DNA of 64,000 bases from Diplonema japonicum (taxonomy: Eukaryota > Protista > Euglenozoa: Diplonemea): assembly GCA_964019335.1 (NCBI GenBank), contig OZ025679.1, positions 1-64,000 on the forward strand. The letters run 5' to 3'. Below the pieces are notes generated by a model, which saw only the letters and a program-made list of their open reading frames with translations, made no database searches and was not told the DNA's origin. Position 1 is the first letter of the stretch; each line of letters opens with the position of its first letter. A program made the translations under genes and the position numbers. Positions 58,800 through 64,000 of the stretch are shown here, piece after piece.

Positions 58800-59783
58800 A
58801 TGCACGCCCATCTGTCTCGTGCGCCAATGGCGCTCAAAGTAATAGAGAAGGTGACCCCCTTGGTGACGAAGGTGATGGGGCACAACCCCGGGCCGTTCAC
58901 TCTGCAAGGCAGCAACACGTACCTTGTGGGGAAGGGGAGGGAAAAAATCCTGATCGACACTGGTGAGGGGAAGGACGCATACATGGGGAGCCTGGTGGAG
59001 GGGCTGGATGGGGGGCACATCACGAAGATCCTAGTGACCCACTGGCACCCCGACCACGTGGGCGGACTGCGGAGTGTGCTGGGGCACAACGTTGCTAAGG
59101 GCGCTCAAATCTACAAAATGGAAGAGCCCAGCCAAGACCCCCTGATCTGGGAAGAGCAGGGCGTAGACCCTGCCTCTGTCAAGGGCATCGCGGCAGGTGA
59201 CATCTTCGAGACGGAAGGCGCGACCCTGCGTGCCATCCACACGCCTGGGCACACCAAAGACCACATCTGCTTCCTTCTTGAGGAGGAGCATTCCCTGTTC
59301 ACCGGCGACATTGTCCTGGGTCAGGGCACCACACACTTCAGCAACCTCACCAAGTTCATGGCGACGCTGAGGAACCTGCTTGCAATCTCCAAGGAGAGCA
59401 GCTCGTGCAGAGTGTACCCCGCGCACGGGCCTGTCATCGAGGAGGGCACCGCCAAGATACAAGAGTACATCGACCACAGGTTGCTTAGAGACAAGCAGAT
59501 TCTAGCAAAACTCCGCACCATGGCACCTACCACTGCAGCTGCCATCGTTGCCGACCTCTACAGTGATGTACCGAAGAGACTCCACCAGGCGGCCACCACA
59601 AACGTCATCTTGCACCTCCTCAACCTGGAGGCACAGGGTCTCGTCACCGCTGTGCGCAAAGGGCACACCACACCCTTCGCGTTGGGCGGCAAGACTACCC
59701 CCGCTGAGCTTGCAGACCTCTTCGCAGTTGTCTCCCCTAATGTGTCTGCTCAATGGAGCCTCCCCCCCGCAGCCCAGCTGTAG
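58800..59783 (+). CDS. LACTB2: Metallo-beta-lactamase-fold endoribonuclease LACTB2-like
   Basis: NPGPFTLQGSNTY, LIDTG, THWHPDHVGG, HTPGH, FTGD, YPAHG and a C-terminal winged helix. The trans-splice acceptor AG at 58792-58793 is confirmed by the retrocopy. Confidence 0.92.
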   Translation: MHAHLSRAPMALKVIEKVTPLVTKVMGHNPGPFTLQGSNTYLVGKGREKILIDTGEGKDAYMGSLVEGLDGGHITKILVTHWHPDHVGGLRSVLGHNVAKGAQIYKMEEPSQDPLIWEEQGVDPASVKGIAAGDIFETEGATLRAIHTPGHTKDHICFLLEEEHSLFTGDIVLGQGTTHFSNLTKFMATLRNLLAISKESSSCRVYPAHGPVIEEGTAKIQEYIDHRLLRDKQILAKLRTMAPTTAAAIVADLYSDVPKRLHQAATTNVILHLLNLEAQGLVTAVRKGHTTPFALGGKTTPAELADLFAVVSPNVSAQWSLPPAAQL

Positions 59784-59905
59784 GCATCCTGCAAAGAACA
59801 CCACTTTCGGAATGCACTGCTGGACTACAGGCTTGAGATGCTTTGTGCTTGAGATGTAGTATAGAGTTTTCTATATTGCAGCACCCTGTTGCAAGCACAG
59901 ACAGG

Positions 59906-60901
59906 ATGGCGGGGACCAGATGTGCAGGGGATGTGAAAATGCCGAAGAGGAGCCTGAAGTATGCAGTGGGGCGCGGCGGGGGGGTGGCTGTCAGGCAGTT
60001 CAGGGAGGAGACAATGCCGATGAGCTTAGCAGCGCGGAAGAAAGACGAGGTGGGTGCAGCAGTGGAGAGGGAGGGTGCTGCCCGGTTGCGGATCAGTGTG
60101 ATTAAAAAGAATGGTCTGCGGCAGGAGAAGTTCAAGAAAGCGATGTACTCGGCAAACAAGGAGAAGGTGACGAGAGGGCTGGGCTGCTGCTCTTGGACAG
60201 AGCGGCATACACTGGCACCTGTTCTGGAGACCACCCGGCACACAGGTGCTGAACGGGCCGTTTTGGTGAATCAACTGTACAAACACCTCACGAACAGGTA
60301 CGTGCAGACGCTGACAAGCAGCTACTCCGACATCACCATCAACCTCAGGGAGCCATCTACGTGGCCATGTGTCGACCCCTTGTCCGCCTCTATGCCGCCC
60401 TTGAAGCAGGACTGCCCCTACTACGTCCCCCCGTCGCTCCCCTACCCTAAGGTAGAGAAGAACATCTTGCTCCTGTCCCCTAAGAACGGTGTCGTCGATT
60501 CTCGCAAGCAGAGCAAGGCTCCTAAAGCGGACTCGGGCCTTGAGAGCGTCGCCAAGGAGTACATGGGGGGCGAGAAGAAGCTCCCTGCCAACCCCTTCAA
60601 GGTTGTCCAAAATACTATCTCTGTCCGTGGTGCCGAAAGCTCCGCTGTCAAGGCCTCCCTCAACAACATCCTCAACAAGGACAAGCGGCACAGGTGCCCC
60701 ACACCCGTCAAGACTCCGCCACCACCTCCTCCTCCTCTACCACTACCTCTATCTCAACCTCCATCCACACACCACATACCACAGCCTACCCTCCGGTCCT
60801 GCCCGTCGTACATCGACATGGCACGCAGGGCATCTCTGCCCACACAGGAGGAGGGGTCCAGCACCACAGAGTCGGAGCCTTCCTTGCTCGGGCTCTGTTG
60901 A
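59906..60901 (+). CDS. Hypothetical basic/Pro-rich protein
   Basis: Long ORF, ATG after ACAG, coding-like composition; no recognised domain. Confidence 0.55.
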   Translation: MAGTRCAGDVKMPKRSLKYAVGRGGGVAVRQFREETMPMSLAARKKDEVGAAVEREGAARLRISVIKKNGLRQEKFKKAMYSANKEKVTRGLGCCSWTERHTLAPVLETTRHTGAERAVLVNQLYKHLTNRYVQTLTSSYSDITINLREPSTWPCVDPLSASMPPLKQDCPYYVPPSLPYPKVEKNILLLSPKNGVVDSRKQSKAPKADSGLESVAKEYMGGEKKLPANPFKVVQNTISVRGAESSAVKASLNNILNKDKRHRCPTPVKTPPPPPPPLPLPLSQPPSTHHIPQPTLRSCPSYIDMARRASLPTQEEGSSTTESEPSLLGLC

Positions 60902-60989
60902 CGTTTTATGTTATTTTAACGAGTATCTCCTGCCTTTTTACAAAGCAGGGTAAAGAAGAAAAAGAGTAAAAGAGGTCAAAGTAACCACT

Positions 60990-62463
60990 TTGCTAAAACC
61001 TTACCACAGGAAGGGTCCATACCTTGTAGAGGCAGCCCCGCACGGGGTTGCCCTCGCTGCAGGGTATAAGCTGGGGAAAGGAAACAGCAAGTTGAAGGAG
61101 GAGGGGGAGGACGAAGAAGATGACTTCTGTGTGGGGGAACCGGAAGGGTTCAGCCCCGGGGTTGTGGTGTCGATGGAAGACGGGGAAGGGGACGTAAAGG
61201 CGCTGGAGGAGGCGGTGCAGACGAAGCTCAACCGCCCTGAAGACATCGGGGAGCCCATGCCGATGGAGCACACGGTGCGTCAAACAAACAAAAAAAAAAC
61301 TTCTTTTCCTATAAATTTTACAACCACAGGTACACGTGACATTAGACCCAACGGGGAACAGTCTTTTTGGGTTAAAAGGTTTGCCGCCGCACTTCGAGGC
61401 GGCTCTGATGGCATCAGGGTTTACACGGGACGAGATACAAGGCGGTCTGCCCGACCTGTACAGCTGCTACAGGACCATGAACAGGGAGAACAACCCGCAC
61501 GACCTTGCCAAGTCCTTCTCGAAACTGCCAAAAAGCGAGGTGCCCATCAAACGGTACAAGTTGAAAGAACTACTGAGCGCTGGGGACCCTACGAAACTGT
61601 ATAGCAAAATGAAGAAGCTCGACGGCGGGTCCCAAGGGGAGGTGTACAGGGCGGTCAACTCGAAGAACCAGATGATCGCTCTGAAGAAAATCTTCATCAA
61701 GGACGAGGCGAAGGAGGTCCCTGCACTGGAGAACGAGATCTCGATGCTGTACAGCTGCCAGCACGCCAACATCATCGACTACTACGCCACGCACAGGAAG
61801 GACGCCACCCTGTGGATCGCAATGGAGCTCATGAACGGGGGAAAGCTCACAGACCTCATCGAAGACAGCCACAAATTCAAAGAAGAAGAAATCGCCTTCA
61901 TCATGAAAGAAGTCCTAAAGGGCCTGCAGTACCTACACAGAACAGGCAGGATGCACAGGGACATCAAGTCTGACAATGTTCTCCTCTCCACCGCAGGCCG
62001 TGTCAAGCTCGGCGACTTCGGGTTCTGCGCCATGATATCTGAGGGCAACGCTGCCAAGCGGCGCACAGTCGTGGGCACACCTTACTGGATGGCACCGGAG
62101 GTCATCAAAGGTGACCCTTATGACTTCAAGGCTGACATGTGGTCGTTGGGCATTCTTGGGCTGGAACTATCTGACGGGGAACCTCCCCTCATGTCGCTCC
62201 CCCCGATGAGGGCCCTTTATGTGATTGTGACACAGAGAGCGCCTAAGATGAAAAGTAGGAATAAGTATGAAGAAGGGGGGGTAGGGTGGCGTGGTACATA
62301 TTCACACAGATGGTCTCGTGAGTGCATCGACTTTGTAGAATGCACGCTTCAGAAAGATCCCAAGCATCGGCCCACTGCCAACGAACTCATGACGCACCCC
62401 TTCCTCCGCAAAGCCGCCAAGACCGACCCGAGTTTTATTAAAAAAGCGCTTTCCAGAAAATAG
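60990..62463 (+). CDS. PAK/STE20-family kinase with CRIB (PBD) domain; start uncertain
   Basis: CRIB DIGEPMPMEHT|VHV across intron 61275-61329; GLP..F; LDGGSQGEV, HRDIKSDN, DFG, GTPYWMAPE; probable in-frame ~45-nt intron near 62264-62308. Confidence 0.9.
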
Positions 62464-63152
62464 AAGGAAAATAAACCGGGGGGGGGGGGGGGGAGGGGAT
62501 TTTTTTTTTTTACTATTATTTGTTCAAAGGGAACATGGTTGATTTATTTTTACTCTTTTGCTTTGAGTGAAGAGGGAAAAAAAAAAAAAAAAAGAAAAAA
62601 AGAAGTCCTCCCCCAAAAGGCCGTATAAGCATTGCCATGTTACTTTTGTGTTTATTTTTCTTTGAACCTCTTTCTCCGAGAGGTGCCGAGTGTGCGTGTG
62701 TGTATTCTCCCCCCGCCCCCCCTTCCCTCTTTCCCTTGTTTCCCCCCTTCTACTAGAAGTATAGAAAAAATAATTTGGTTTCTTTTTGATGGGAAGGGGG
62801 GGGGAAGAAAAAAGACACTGGGACTGTATTCGTCTCGCATCCAAGCATTGTGAAACTTCCTTTGTGTTTGTTTTGTGTTGTGTGTGTGTTTTTTTTTTCT
62901 TTTTTTTTTTTCCTCTACTTCATTTTCCGTATTGTACAGTTCCGTGTGCCATGATCTTTCTTTGCCACTTTGTTTTGAGGTAAGGGGGGAAATGAAAAAA
63001 AAAAAAAAAAAAAAAAAATGAAGGGAAAAAAAGGGGTAGCGGGAGGAAGTGGGCGAAAAACTTGGTAACACAAAGGTAAAAAAAAAAAAAAAAAAAAAAA
63101 AACCTGCAAACATGTAAACATAAAAACAAACCATAAGGAAGGGGGGGGGGGG

Positions 63153-63596
63153 GGGGGGGGGTCATATGGTCCTTAAAAAGGGCCACTTTTTGCCCTTTTT
63201 CAGGCTCTTCGCCAAGGACATTTTGGGCCCTTAAAAAAACTGTAACCACCCCAAAAGTGCCCACAAATCACCCAAACCCCCGTTTCCCGATGGTTTCCGG
63301 CCCCAGAAGTGCCCAGAATCATGTTCTAATTTTGGGACCCCCGTTTGGTACTTTCCCTGTGTAATCCTAGGGAACATAAAATAGGGGGCCCTAGGATTAC
63401 ATAGGGAAAGTACCAAACGGGGGCCCCAAAATTAGAACATGATTCTGGGCACTTCTGGGGCCGGAAACCATCGGGAAACGGGGGTTTGGGTGATTTGTGG
63501 GCACTTTTGGGGTGGTTGCAGTTTTCTTAAGGGCCCAAAATGCCCTTGGCGAAGAGCCTGAAAAAGGGCAAATAACGACCCCCTTATGACCCCCCC
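63153..63596. mobile_element. Foldback/MITE: ~184-bp near-perfect inverted arms with 16-nt loop
   Basis: 63189-63372 is the reverse complement of 63389-63572; outer gggggggtcata/tatgaccccccc termini. Confidence 0.85.
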
Positions 63597-63787
63597 TAGG
63601 GCTATGCTGGCAGGAAACGTGGAAACGTTTCCGTTTCCGTTCCCGTTTCCGTTTCCATACTTTTCAAAATTCTTATGGAAACGGCTTCCTTCTTAAGGAA
63701 ACATAAGGAAACGTTTCCGTATCCGTTTCCGTTTCCCTTTTTTTCAAAAAATGCATGGAAACGCGTTTCCATGCCAGCATAGCCCTA
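63597..63787. mobile_element. Small MITE with TAGGG termini and internal GGAAAC/GTTTCC repeats
   Basis: TIR tagggctatgctggca / tgccagcatagcccta; many ggaaac/gtttcc motifs in both orientations. Confidence 0.75.
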
Positions 63788-64000
63788 GGGGGGGGGGGGG
63801 GGGGGGGGGGTGGTGACGGAAAAAAGAAAAAAAAAGAGTGAAAAAATGAGATTCCTGCTAGCTCTCTTCCCCTCCCCCCTTTTTTTTCTCCTTTTTCTTT
63901 CAATTGCAGTGGCGATGGTGTCAAGTTATGCTAAACCTCATGAGAAGGTACTCTTCCTTTATTTCCCCCTTTTGAGATGACAGCGTCCTGCCACATACCG

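Noticed and set aside
58995-59563. Retrocopy deletion explained as a spliced GT-AG intron
   Set aside because: GT...AG removal would give agcctgtgatg, but the copy has agcctggtgatg, and the segment encodes the catalytic core. GTG microhomology fits exactly.

Overview
Eukaryotic nuclear DNA, almost certainly from a diplonemid (Euglenozoa). A retrocopied mRNA at 3059-3544 still carries a diplonemid-type spliced leader (ACCAATGATTCTAAAGCTACAGTTTCTGTACTTTATTG). About 30 protein-coding genes all lie on the + strand and are split by mostly 30-50 nt GT-AG introns, so many true CDSs join several ORF-track entries. The standout gene is a single ~1396-aa protein (39406-43630, one 34-nt intron). It fuses a DyP-type heme peroxidase domain to a complete glycyl-radical-enzyme (PFL2-like) domain, and no radical-SAM activase is present in the window. 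A ceramide synthase gene (44412-49626) carries two decayed Crypton-like tyrosine-recombinase elements in its introns, one with a nested TTAA-flanked piggyBac. The window also holds a spliced-leader plus oligo(A) retropseudogene of the LACTB2 gene 55 kb away, a candidate intronic C/D snoRNA, several MITE/foldback elements and a scrambled repeat cluster at the 5' end. All family assignments come from motif recognition by eye, not database searches.
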